Source of the DNA: Candidatus Dojkabacteria bacterium
GTDB lineage: Bacteria > Patescibacteriota > Dojkabacteria > SC72 > JAFGCJ01
Assembly (NCBI GenBank): GCA_016932785.1
Contig: JAFGCJ010000003.1
Coordinates: 104,971 to 168,970 of the forward strand
Length of the DNA stretch: 64,000 nucleotides
Direction of reading: 5' to 3'
Shown here in pieces: positions 1 through 8,126 of the stretch. The notes under the pieces were generated by a model, which made no database searches, was not told where the DNA came from, and was given only the letters and a program-made list of their open reading frames with translations. The position numbers were made by a program, and so were the translations under genes. Position 1 is the first letter of the stretch. Every line of letters begins with the position of its first letter.

Positions 1-1762
1 TTACAGCATCTACAAGCTCTCTGCTTGGCCTTTGCAACGTACTAATCCCAAGTCTACTCTCCTGTGCCCAGTGTGCCTTCTCTATTATCCTAGACCTTCT
101 GGTCTGATTAAGCTGAATTGTATCTTCACTCACAGTTAGCCTTCCACTTGCTATACCAACCCTCATCACAACACCCATTTTTCTCTTAACCTCTCTGCAC
201 ATTTCGATTGCCGAGCCATACGCAGAGAGTTCAGACCCATCCTTGGTCGGAAGAAAGTAATCAGAAAAACAACAATGAATCATATCTCCCCACGAATTTC
301 CCCAAACGGCACCATTTTTAACAACAATTCCCTTGAGCAGACGCTGAAATCTTTTCTGATCAATATTATGACCGCGAGAATCAACTGCGTCAGCGATCAG
401 GTACGTACCCTTAAAAGACTTACCGTCAAGATTACCTACACACTCGTTGAAATATTCCGAGTCAATAAATACCAATCTATCAACCATTTCCCGAAGGGCA
501 GAGCTTTTTTCCTCAAGTTCAATGTGGCTAAGCGCAAAAGACAAGTCCTCGGATACCTCTCTAAGCATCTCGCGAATAGTTGAATCCGACGCCATTTCTG
601 AATCCATTGTAAGATTGAGAAAACCATACAACTTTCCATTTACCATGAGACGAATACATGCGGTTTCCCTCATCAGACACTCACTCTGTAAAGGACATTT
701 CTCGCAGGTATCATGAGGCCTGCTCATGAAAACAGCCTCCGATTTCCTAGAAGCCATTCTCACACAACTTGGTTTCCCTCCACTCTTCAAAAACTCAGAA
801 AAAGGCAATATTACGTCTCCAACATTGGACGAAACTACATCTTCAACTAGGTTTACCCCATCAACAAGAGCTATCCAAACCGAATGAATTCCTCTTATTT
901 TGCTTAGAATATCACAGGTTCCCTGTATTAGTTCCCTTCTGTGACGTACCTGGACAATAAGCTTGTTCACACTTCGTATACCTTGGATAACATCGTTCAA
1001 AAGATTGACTCGTTCCTCAGTCTTCTTGATATCCGTAACGTCCTCACAGATACCAATTGTTCCCAGAGATTCGCCTTCAGAATTCTTCAGGGGAACCTTC
1101 ACAGTGTGGAGATACTTTACGCCTCCGGAATATCCCTTTGGCTTAACCTCGAAGATATTCTTCTTCATTCCCGAGTCCATTACCTCAAAATCCTTATTTC
1201 TGAACTTGTAGGCGTCTCCCTCAGAATAAAAATCGAAGTCCGTTTTTCCTATAATCTCCTCCTCTTTTCTTCCTATTGCCTCTTCATACTTGTTATTTAC
1301 CCTGGTAAAGCGAGACTCTTTGTCCTTTATCCAAATCATCGCGGGAAGGTTATCGATTACTAACTGAATCTCATCGTCCCTTCCCATTTTGTCACACGGC
1401 TCGACTATATCAAACTTCCGAAAAATAAAAGCCAAGTACTTCTGTTTTTCATCACCCGTTTCAATCCTGGAACCTCTTACAATAATCTCTCGCGATGATC
1501 CTTTCGCACAAATAACATAAACCTCTCCTTCAGATATTTTGTCCACATCCCAAAACCTCCTCAAGGAAATATCTATCGATTTTCCCTTAACGCTTTTACT
1601 TAAATCAAAAAACTTGAAAAACTGCTGACCCAAAACCTCTTTACGCTCAATATCCAGAATATTCTTGGCACAACGATTGATATATACTACTTCTCCAGAT
1701 TTGTTTATTATCACAATCGAACACTGGACAAAGTCCAGAATTCTAGGTTCAATACTGTTCAT
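1..1762 (-). CDS. Partial (3'-truncated by the window edge) multi-domain sensor: two PAS-like domains, a GAF-like region and a nucleotidyl-cyclase-like (GGDEF/class III cyclase palm-fold) C-terminal region
   Basis: I translated the minus frame by hand from ATG at 1762 to position 2, and it is open throughout (587 codons, no stop in window), so it is absent from the ORF track. PAS-like segments include MNSIEPRILDFVQCSIVIINKSGEVVYIN and IDNLPAMIWIKDKESRFTRVNNKYEEAIG...TDFDFY. The C-terminal pattern YLIADAVDS...WGDMIHCCF...MRVGIASGRL resembles cyclase or GGDEF palm motifs but is degenerate. Confidence 0.7.
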   Translation of the reverse strand, partial: MNSIEPRILDFVQCSIVIINKSGEVVYINRCAKNILDIERKEVLGQQFFKFFDLSKSVKGKSIDISLRRFWDVDKISEGEVYVICAKGSSREIIVRGSRIETGDEKQKYLAFIFRKFDIVEPCDKMGRDDEIQLVIDNLPAMIWIKDKESRFTRVNNKYEEAIGRKEEEIIGKTDFDFYSEGDAYKFRNKDFEVMDSGMKKNIFEVKPKGYSGGVKYLHTVKVPLKNSEGESLGTIGICEDVTDIKKTEERVNLLNDVIQGIRSVNKLIVQVRHRRELIQGTCDILSKIRGIHSVWIALVDGVNLVEDVVSSNVGDVILPFSEFLKSGGKPSCVRMASRKSEAVFMSRPHDTCEKCPLQSECLMRETACIRLMVNGKLYGFLNLTMDSEMASDSTIREMLREVSEDLSFALSHIELEEKSSALREMVDRLVFIDSEYFNECVGNLDGKSFKGTYLIADAVDSRGHNIDQKRFQRLLKGIVVKNGAVWGNSWGDMIHCCFSDYFLPTKDGSELSAYGSAIEMCREVKRKMGVVMRVGIASGRLTVSEDTIQLNQTRRSRIIEKAHWAQESRLGISTLQRPSRELVDAV

Positions 1763-1935
1763 TCCTATTAACTCTTAGGCAATTAAAATAGTGCCTCTTT
1801 AAAAGGACCTCCTTAAGCAACGACCACAAACTCAAGACAATCTCAAAACCCCAACCATTTTTAATAATGTCACAAAAAAGTCAGCTTCGCAAGTTTTCTA
1901 GTAGCTAAAAGAAAATTCTGATCTAGCCTATCCAT

Positions 1936-2598
1936 CTATTTCTTAGAAATCTTGACACTACCAGAGACCGTCAGGTTGTCTTTATCTTTTTCCTTCCAGC
2001 TAAATTCCGCTTTTGAGCAAAGGTTCTCGATATCTACAACAATATTCTTCTGCATTTCTTCCATAGAAGGAATTGAGACATAAACGTCCGAATGTTCCGG
2101 ATATGACAAAACACTTTCAAAGTTAATCAAAACCTTACCGTCCTTAATCGTCGCAAGCAGTGTACCTTCCTTATTTAATCCTGTCTCAACTTTCCCTTCA
2201 TCATTGTACAACTCAAGACTCCTTATCTTTACATCCTTTACCACACCCACCGCCCTGGGTTGTCCCAACTGTTCTAATACGGCATCCTTGTCATCACCTA
2301 AATCCACATCAAGGCCTTCCAGAGCCGCAGCCAAATCCCCTCCCTCAGAACTGGCAGCTCGAAGCACGGGTTCTAGTTCAATATCAAAAGTAATTGTCGC
2401 GTCGACCTTGTAATCATGACCTTCAATCTTCGCAGAAAGAACCACCTCCACCTCAATTTGATGATCCGGATTCATATCTTTAGCAACCTCCTTACCTGCT
2501 TTATTCATAGCATCCGTTCCACCTGAATAGGCATCCTGCATTTTTTTAGCAAGATCCCCAAGCTGGCCCAAATTTGATATATCCATAAAAATACTCAC
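1936..2598 (-). CDS. Hypothetical acidic protein, no family recognised
   Basis: 220-aa ORF directly upstream of the PAS sensor on the same strand. Composition looks coding and I recognise no motif. Confidence 0.55.
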   Translation of the reverse strand: MSIFMDISNLGQLGDLAKKMQDAYSGGTDAMNKAGKEVAKDMNPDHQIEVEVVLSAKIEGHDYKVDATITFDIELEPVLRAASSEGGDLAAALEGLDVDLGDDKDAVLEQLGQPRAVGVVKDVKIRSLELYNDEGKVETGLNKEGTLLATIKDGKVLINFESVLSYPEHSDVYVSIPSMEEMQKNIVVDIENLCSKAEFSWKEKDKDNLTVSGSVKISKK

Positions 2599-2812
2599 AC
2601 TTCAATTTAGAATTTCCAAAGCCAGATAATTCTAACGTAAAAGATACCCCGAACACCAGTCCGACTATTGAGCAGTCTTAATTAATCGGCTCGTGACTGA
2701 TGATCCGAGATGCGTGAAACAGATACAGATTTACCTCTAGGTATGCCCCTGTTTTCACAACTCACATACCTACTTCGTTGACAATACAGCCCAGTTCAAT
2801 TTATCATGATAT

Positions 2813-4378
2813 ATGATAAGTTGTTTAAATCACCTTATGTTTAAATCCAAACTGTTCTCAATTTTTGTTTCCCATTTGTTTATTCTCACTCTATTACTAT
2901 CTATATTCGCTCCGCAGGCGTTTGCTGCTAAGCGACAACTGTCTGAGGGATACACAATTGATGAGTACAACGTAACCAGCGGAGGAGCCATTTACATTAA
3001 TCCATCAGATATCAATACTCTTCAATTTCCAATGACAGATGGCGACTATGTTGTTTGGACCGACAGTATGGCAGGAGCTGGTGCAGACGATGATATCTAC
3101 TACCTTGATATAAGTACCTGGACTATCCACAATATATCCAACGAGTACGGTCTTGATACTGCCTTCGTAGGAGATCAACGATGGCCGTCAATATATAATG
3201 GCGTAATCGTATGGATGGATGATGCCAATGCAAGTTCAAACTTTGAAATATGGACCTTGGATCTCAATGATGTTACTCCCACTCCCGCAATGATTAGTGA
3301 TGGCAATCCAGTAAGTCAAAAAATGTTTCCTCATGTTAGCGCCAATCATGTAGTGTGGATGCAATCTTTTACATCATTCGACATTATGCTTTATGACCTT
3401 ACAACTACAGTTTCCACAAATATTACCAGCGACACAACTCAACAACTTTATCCCAAAGTTGATGGGAATTACGTCGTATGGCAGGAAAATCTTGTGAGCT
3501 CCGATATTATTCTCTACAATATTACAACATCCACAGAAACCCCGATCGTAGCTACTCCAAATAATGAATCATGGCCCTACATTAATGGAAATTCTCTCGC
3601 ATGGACCGAAAACGATGGTACAAGCGACAATATTTATTACATCGATGATGTAACGGTACCGTCACCAACCCCTGTTGCAATAGCAACAAGCTCGGAAACT
3701 GAAGCTGTGCCTTCAATTTCAGGAGATATTATAGCCTGGACTCAATGGAACTCGACAGATTCCGAATGGGACTTCTACTTCTATGATATTGCAGAAGATA
3801 CTACCGAAACGATTGATCGTTCTGCTGATAGAGGTGCAGTAACAGTTTATGGAAATATTATAGTCTGGCTTGATAGACAAGATACACCCTCAACAAACTA
3901 CGCTGATGTTCATCTGGGATTCCTTGATTGGGACGACAGCCCTCCAGTTTTCCTCAATTTACCAGGAAGTACACGACCAATAAACCTTGAAGATGATCAA
4001 GTTGTTGACCCTGGTTCGTCCTACAACATACGGGTTCGACCAGTTGATGACTTCGGAATAAGCTCCGTACGCTTTTATTTCAATGGTCAATTGATAGGTA
4101 CTGATACTTCTCCTGACGGCGAAGGCGTCTACAATGTTTCATGGGAAATTCCTAACACCTGCTCAGACATACGTGTCGAAGCTGAGGACACCGCTAATAA
4201 TGTTACTACTCTATCCAGAGGAAATATCTGTTCACTCCTTGCATCAACAGGATCACCAATAATAGTACCAGTTGCCGCAGGTGCGACTCTAGCTTTAGGA
4301 GGCGGGCTTGCTCTGTGGCTTCCTTCGGTAATATCAAGAAGACCGAAACTCGTATCAAAGATAGACAAGGAGGACTAG
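2813..4378 (+). CDS. Secreted repeat (beta-propeller-like) surface protein with a C-terminal LAxTG-type cell-wall sorting signal
   Basis: Signal peptide MFKSKLFSIFVSHLFILTLLLSIFAPQAFA/AK, so the likely true start is the internal ATG at 2837. At least 7 repeats of the pattern G(D/N)x(V/I)(V/A)W (DGDYVVWTD, NGVIVWMDD, ANHVVWMQS, DGNYVVWQEN, NGNSLAWTEN, SGDIIAWTQW, YGNIIVWLDR). The C-terminus is LASTG, a roughly 27-aa hydrophobic stretch, then RRPK. Confidence 0.75.
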   Translation: MISCLNHLMFKSKLFSIFVSHLFILTLLLSIFAPQAFAAKRQLSEGYTIDEYNVTSGGAIYINPSDINTLQFPMTDGDYVVWTDSMAGAGADDDIYYLDISTWTIHNISNEYGLDTAFVGDQRWPSIYNGVIVWMDDANASSNFEIWTLDLNDVTPTPAMISDGNPVSQKMFPHVSANHVVWMQSFTSFDIMLYDLTTTVSTNITSDTTQQLYPKVDGNYVVWQENLVSSDIILYNITTSTETPIVATPNNESWPYINGNSLAWTENDGTSDNIYYIDDVTVPSPTPVAIATSSETEAVPSISGDIIAWTQWNSTDSEWDFYFYDIAEDTTETIDRSADRGAVTVYGNIIVWLDRQDTPSTNYADVHLGFLDWDDSPPVFLNLPGSTRPINLEDDQVVDPGSSYNIRVRPVDDFGISSVRFYFNGQLIGTDTSPDGEGVYNVSWEIPNTCSDIRVEAEDTANNVTTLSRGNICSLLASTGSPIIVPVAAGATLALGGGLALWLPSVISRRPKLVSKIDKED

Positions 4379-4441
4379 ATATTCTGTAGAAAAGGGCTAA
4401 ACCCTTTCATCGCTACCAACCACATTCGGTGACCTACGATC

Positions 4442-4529
4442 CGGAGAGGGCGGGATTCGAACCCACGGTACCGAGACTCGGTACACCGCTTTTCGAGAGC
4501 GGCCCTTTCAACCACTCAGGCACCTCTCC
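4442..4529 (-). tRNA. tRNA-Ser, anticodon CGA, long variable arm, CCA not encoded
   Basis: The reverse complement GGAGAGGTGCCTGAGTGGTTGAAAGGGCCGCTCTCGAAAAGCGGTGTACCGAGTCTCGGTACCGTGGGTTCGAATCCCGCCCTCTCCG folds as a cloverleaf. Acceptor GGAGAGG/CCTCTCC, anticodon stem CCGCT/AGCGG with loop CTCGAAA, 7-bp variable arm GTACCGA/TCGGTAC, T arm GTGGG-TTCGAAT-CCCGC. Confidence 0.9.
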
Positions 4530-4613
4530 TAGATATACTTTTAACAGGATCCCTACTAGAGATATCCTTCCGGTCTATCACAGGTATCACTATTTGAAGA
4601 AAATCTAGCAAAT

Positions 4614-5192
4614 TTATTTCTTAACCCCAATCAAATCAACCCACGCACCATCAACTATTCTACTTAGCGTGCCCTGTTTCCTAAGATCCTTGTACATAAT
4701 CCTCTCCTTCAATATTCCGTGTACCTTCTTCATATTTTCTTCGCTAACCAACATCACCAACCGTGCAGGAAATCTCAATTTTGTCTCCACATTAAGAATA
4801 AGCTGGTTATCCTTTTTGGAGAACCAATACGACTCAACATCCGTCCAGTCCACCTTTTCATCGACCGTTTCTATGCCATGGGTTGTAATAACATGTTCAA
4901 TTCTAGCAGGAGGCACCGTTCCAACAACATAAATCAAAAACATGACAGCAGCCAAAGCGGCCATCAACCAATACTGCCCAAGAATGACCAGGATAACAAA
5001 GAATCCCAAAATTCCCGCCAGAATTATGAAAAATCTTTTCTTCTCAAGTTTCTTAAAATGCCTCATCGGAGCCATCCATTTATATATAATCTCTCTCTGT
5101 ACCACTTTCGTCTCTTGCTGACCAGTATTCGTACTAGAATTCTCGCCTACACTAGAATTTTCTTGACCCTTCTGCTCCGCCATAGAAATCAA
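4614..5192 (-). CDS. Hypothetical membrane protein (two TM helices plus a soluble C-terminal domain)
   Basis: 192-aa ORF with hydrophobic segments FFIILAGILGFFVILVILGQYWLMAALAAVMFLIYVVG. Confidence 0.55.
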   Translation of the reverse strand: MISMAEQKGQENSSVGENSSTNTGQQETKVVQREIIYKWMAPMRHFKKLEKKRFFIILAGILGFFVILVILGQYWLMAALAAVMFLIYVVGTVPPARIEHVITTHGIETVDEKVDWTDVESYWFSKKDNQLILNVETKLRFPARLVMLVSEENMKKVHGILKERIMYKDLRKQGTLSRIVDGAWVDLIGVKK

Positions 5193-5200
5193 AATTGAAT

Positions 5201-5587
5201 TTATCTAATAAGCATTATACCAATAATGACCACGACTAATAAAAGAAGCACCACAAAAACATTAAGAAAGTGAAATATATGAAGAACAAGAATAATAAGC
5301 AGTAAAATTCCAAACGCAACGCCTATCTTTATTGCACGGGCAGAACTGGGAAATTCTTTCTTACCACAATACAAAAGCTTCTCAGCGACAAAAACTACCA
5401 GAGACACAAGAAGTCCAAAATTTGAAGCAAGCATAAAAAGAAACAGAAAAATGTTCCAAAGCTCGAGATCACCATCCAGGTTGATAGGTTTAAAAAATTT
5501 CGAACCTACAAGATATCCCAGTAATGACAACCCGCAGATGAGAAGAACTATGATTGTAACAAGAAACCTCATTTCAAGTATTAACAA
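5201..5587 (-). CDS. Hypothetical small polytopic membrane protein
   Basis: 128-aa ORF that is almost entirely hydrophobic helices. Confidence 0.5.
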   Translation of the reverse strand: MLILEMRFLVTIIVLLICGLSLLGYLVGSKFFKPINLDGDLELWNIFLFLFMLASNFGLLVSLVVFVAEKLLYCGKKEFPSSARAIKIGVAFGILLLIILVLHIFHFLNVFVVLLLLVVVIIGIMLIR

Positions 5588-5645
5588 TTTACCAACTAGA
5601 AGATATTCACATCTATCATACTACATCATATAATCTATTCATATT

Positions 5646-5662
5646 CCCCTCGTTTCCCCTCG
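5646..5662 (+). promoter_or_regulatory. Tandem direct repeat CCCCTCG-TTT-CCCCTCG upstream of the response-regulator gene (possible operator)
   Basis: Two exact 7-mers at 5646-5652 and 5656-5662, a 10-bp period. They lie just downstream of a TATAAT at 5629-5634 and about 35 nt before the ATG at 5698. Confidence 0.3.
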
Positions 5663-5697
5663 ATTAAAATGATCAACGGCCAAGAGCCGGTTCCTCA

Positions 5698-6471
5698 ATG
5701 AACGTACTTATTCTTGCGGACTCATCTACAATATCCACAGTTGTAACCCAGACTTTAACATCCTATGGGTACAACACGAACAATGTAAATAGCAAAGATT
5801 TCTCAGTGGCTTTATTAGAGAATATGCCAACCGATCTTGTGATTATTGATACCCGACTAGACTCCAAAGACAGCATCAGCCTATGCAAAAGCCTTCGCGA
5901 AAAGAAACCCAAAATTTACATAATGGGAATAAACAGCAAAGGTTCATGGGAGGATAAAATTGAAATATTAAACAACGGAGCCGACGACTGCCTCACCTAC
6001 CCTTTCCCCACTAAAGAAATTCTTGCCCGAATTCAGGCCTTGCTAAGAAGACCGAGAGTCGAAACCTCCACTTCCTTAAAATACGGAAACATTAGATTAA
6101 ATCCGGCAAAAAGAAGAGCTAAATATAAAGATTCACGACTTAAGTTAACCAAGAAGGAGTTCTGCCTCTTAGAGTACCTACTGCGAAATAAAGAGAGAAC
6201 GGTGACCAGGTCTGAGCTTATGGATCACGTTTGGGATTACAGAAGAATAACCGGATCAAATACCGTTGATGTTCATGTGCAGAAACTTCGTAAAAAGATG
6301 AGATCGTGCGTGGAGAATTCTGATGAAACGTCTGATAATGGCGCCGACAGATACCTAAAGAGAGGGAATTTCAATTTTCCAACAGAGATTAAGACGGTTC
6401 ATGGTGTTGGGTATAAGTTGGATAAAATTGGGATGGTGAAAGATAAGAGGGTTATTCCGGAGTTAAAATAG
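5698..6471 (+). CDS. OmpR/PhoB-family response regulator (receiver plus winged-helix), atypical receiver
   Basis: Receiver layout with DLVIIDTRLD (phospho-acceptor Asp region) and GADDCLTYPF. C-terminal LTKKEFCLLEYLLRN...VWDY...VDVHVQKLRKK...TVHGVGYKL is a trans_reg_C pattern carrying an acidic insert. Confidence 0.85.
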   Translation: MNVLILADSSTISTVVTQTLTSYGYNTNNVNSKDFSVALLENMPTDLVIIDTRLDSKDSISLCKSLREKKPKIYIMGINSKGSWEDKIEILNNGADDCLTYPFPTKEILARIQALLRRPRVETSTSLKYGNIRLNPAKRRAKYKDSRLKLTKKEFCLLEYLLRNKERTVTRSELMDHVWDYRRITGSNTVDVHVQKLRKKMRSCVENSDETSDNGADRYLKRGNFNFPTEIKTVHGVGYKLDKIGMVKDKRVIPELK

Positions 6472-6517
6472 GCTTATGTCAAAGCTAAGCACTATGTTAG
6501 GTAGCTCAGAACAATCC

Positions 6518-7660
6518 TTAACTCAACCGCATAGGCATTATTATGTGAAGATAGCCATCATCCCCCTTAGTCTTGAACACCCCAGGGGCTGTAGCGGTAC
6601 TACCCTCAAAGACCATTGTTTCGCCATCAATACTATTAAGCATATCCGTTAGAAACTTGGCACTAAACCCTATACTAAGTGGATCACCCTCTACCTTGGC
6701 CTCAAAACTGCTTTCATTCTCACCTATTTCGACAAGCGCCGCAGATACCTTAACCTCATTCTTCTTTGGGTCAAACTCCATCACAGCTTTATTTCCAATA
6801 ACTCCTCTTGCGAAAATGTTAACAATCCTCACCGCATTCTGTACTAAGGCTGTATCCATCTCTGCCTTGACCTGATAGCCAGTAGGAATAATCTGTTTAT
6901 ACTCCGGGAATTTACCATCTATCAACCTTGAGACAAGATCAACCTCTTTATACCTGAAGATGACCTGATTTTTTTCCTTCAGGGTGTATACCTCTACCTG
7001 GTCCTTCTTTTTCTTCTCGCTCTCATCGGCTAAGTCAGCTATTATTCTGGACAGCTCCTGCATAGCTTTTGCGGGGACAAGAAGATCTGTCTTTTCCTTA
7101 ACAGCTTTCTCAAGTTCAACAAACTGCCTTGAGAGTCTAAACCCATCTACGGCAATAAATGTAAGACCAGTCGCCTCAGCCTCTATTTTAATTCCAGTAA
7201 GTACGGGCCGAGAATCATCTACGGCAGCAGCAAATGCAACTCTGTTTATGGCTCTCTCCATTTCATCAGGATCCACACTCATAAGAAGCTCACCATCCTC
7301 TACTGTAGGAACTGCCGGGAAATCGTCTGGCGGAAGGGTATTAAATTGGGCAGAGTTATTTACGGTAGTAACCTTGATCAGCTGTTTATCCAGGTTAAGA
7401 TCTACCTGCTCTGAAGGTAAAGAGTTAACGAATTCTGAAAAAGTCCTTGCAGGTATGGTTATTTTTCCTTCAGCTTTAACCTCGGTCCCGATCCATGTAT
7501 GAACTCCTATCTCAAGATCAGTTGCCGTCATTTTTAGCTTACTGTCCTCTGTCTCAAGCAATACATTGGCTAAAATTGGTAGACCAGGCTTGCTGCTTAC
7601 AAGTCTTCCAACTATAGCAAGCTGTTTCGCAAGACTAGATTGATTGCAGGATACTTGCAT
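6518..7660 (-). CDS. dnaN: DNA polymerase III beta sliding clamp
   Basis: 380 aa with the typical N-terminus (SLAKQLAIVGRLVSSKPGLPILANVLLE...KLKMTATDLEIG) and C-terminus (PMRL-type). Confidence 0.95.
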   Translation of the reverse strand: MQVSCNQSSLAKQLAIVGRLVSSKPGLPILANVLLETEDSKLKMTATDLEIGVHTWIGTEVKAEGKITIPARTFSEFVNSLPSEQVDLNLDKQLIKVTTVNNSAQFNTLPPDDFPAVPTVEDGELLMSVDPDEMERAINRVAFAAAVDDSRPVLTGIKIEAEATGLTFIAVDGFRLSRQFVELEKAVKEKTDLLVPAKAMQELSRIIADLADESEKKKKDQVEVYTLKEKNQVIFRYKEVDLVSRLIDGKFPEYKQIIPTGYQVKAEMDTALVQNAVRIVNIFARGVIGNKAVMEFDPKKNEVKVSAALVEIGENESSFEAKVEGDPLSIGFSAKFLTDMLNSIDGETMVFEGSTATAPGVFKTKGDDGYLHIIMPMRLS

Positions 7661-7740
7661 GGTTACTTGTTCACAATTTAGTATGGGCGGAAGTTTCTAT
7701 CCGTTAGTTTTTTTATATAGTGGTAGTATATAGTAGGAGC

Positions 7741-8126
7741 TGTGGATATGTCCAGAATTGTATAAAAGGTACTTTGATAGAAGGTATTTTGTATAGTTTT
7801 CTGTTGTAGATATATTGTATTGTTCGGGTATAGTTTGGTAGGTAGAGTTTTGGGTCTTTTTTAGCAGGTTTATACATATTTTCCGTCAGTAAATTTCCTG
7901 AGGTGGTGTATGATATCTCCTTTGTTGTGATCCAAGTTATCTATTGTGGATTTTTTTGCGGGTACTTCTACGAAAGAAAACGAAATATTTTCTGACTATT
8001 ATTTTCGGTCTTCTATTAAAGAATATTCATATGAGGAGGTTATTGTCCGATTGGATTCTACTGAAAGAACTATTCTTGTCACAAAATCATTCCTGGAGTA
8101 TCCACAAGTTCTCAAAGTTATCCACC
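7741..8126. promoter_or_regulatory. AT-rich region with four DnaA-box-like 9-mers upstream of dnaN (candidate oriC part or dnaN regulatory region)
   Basis: TGTGGATAt at 7741-7749, TGTGGATtt at 7945-7953, gTATCCACA at 8098-8106 and TTATCCACc at 8118-8126, against the consensus TTATCCACA/TGTGGATAA. Only short spurious ORFs occur in 7661-8117. Confidence 0.4.

Noticed and set aside
275-1363. Several plus- and minus-strand track ORFs of 60-140 aa (275-583, 447-716, 941-1363, 963-1211, 436-639 and others).
   Set aside because: All are antisense to, or out of frame with, the 587-codon PAS sensor ORF that runs off the left edge. Their low-complexity translations have no motifs.
6573-7502. Long antisense ORFs inside well-supported genes, for example 6984-7502 in dnaN, 20978-21664 in valS, 17423-18001 across jag and the ligase-like gene, 29826-30368, 54811-55200 in ftsK and 62545-62979 in rpoC.
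   Set aside because: These are shadow ORFs opposite strongly supported conserved genes. Their Ser/Leu/Phe-rich translations have no motifs.
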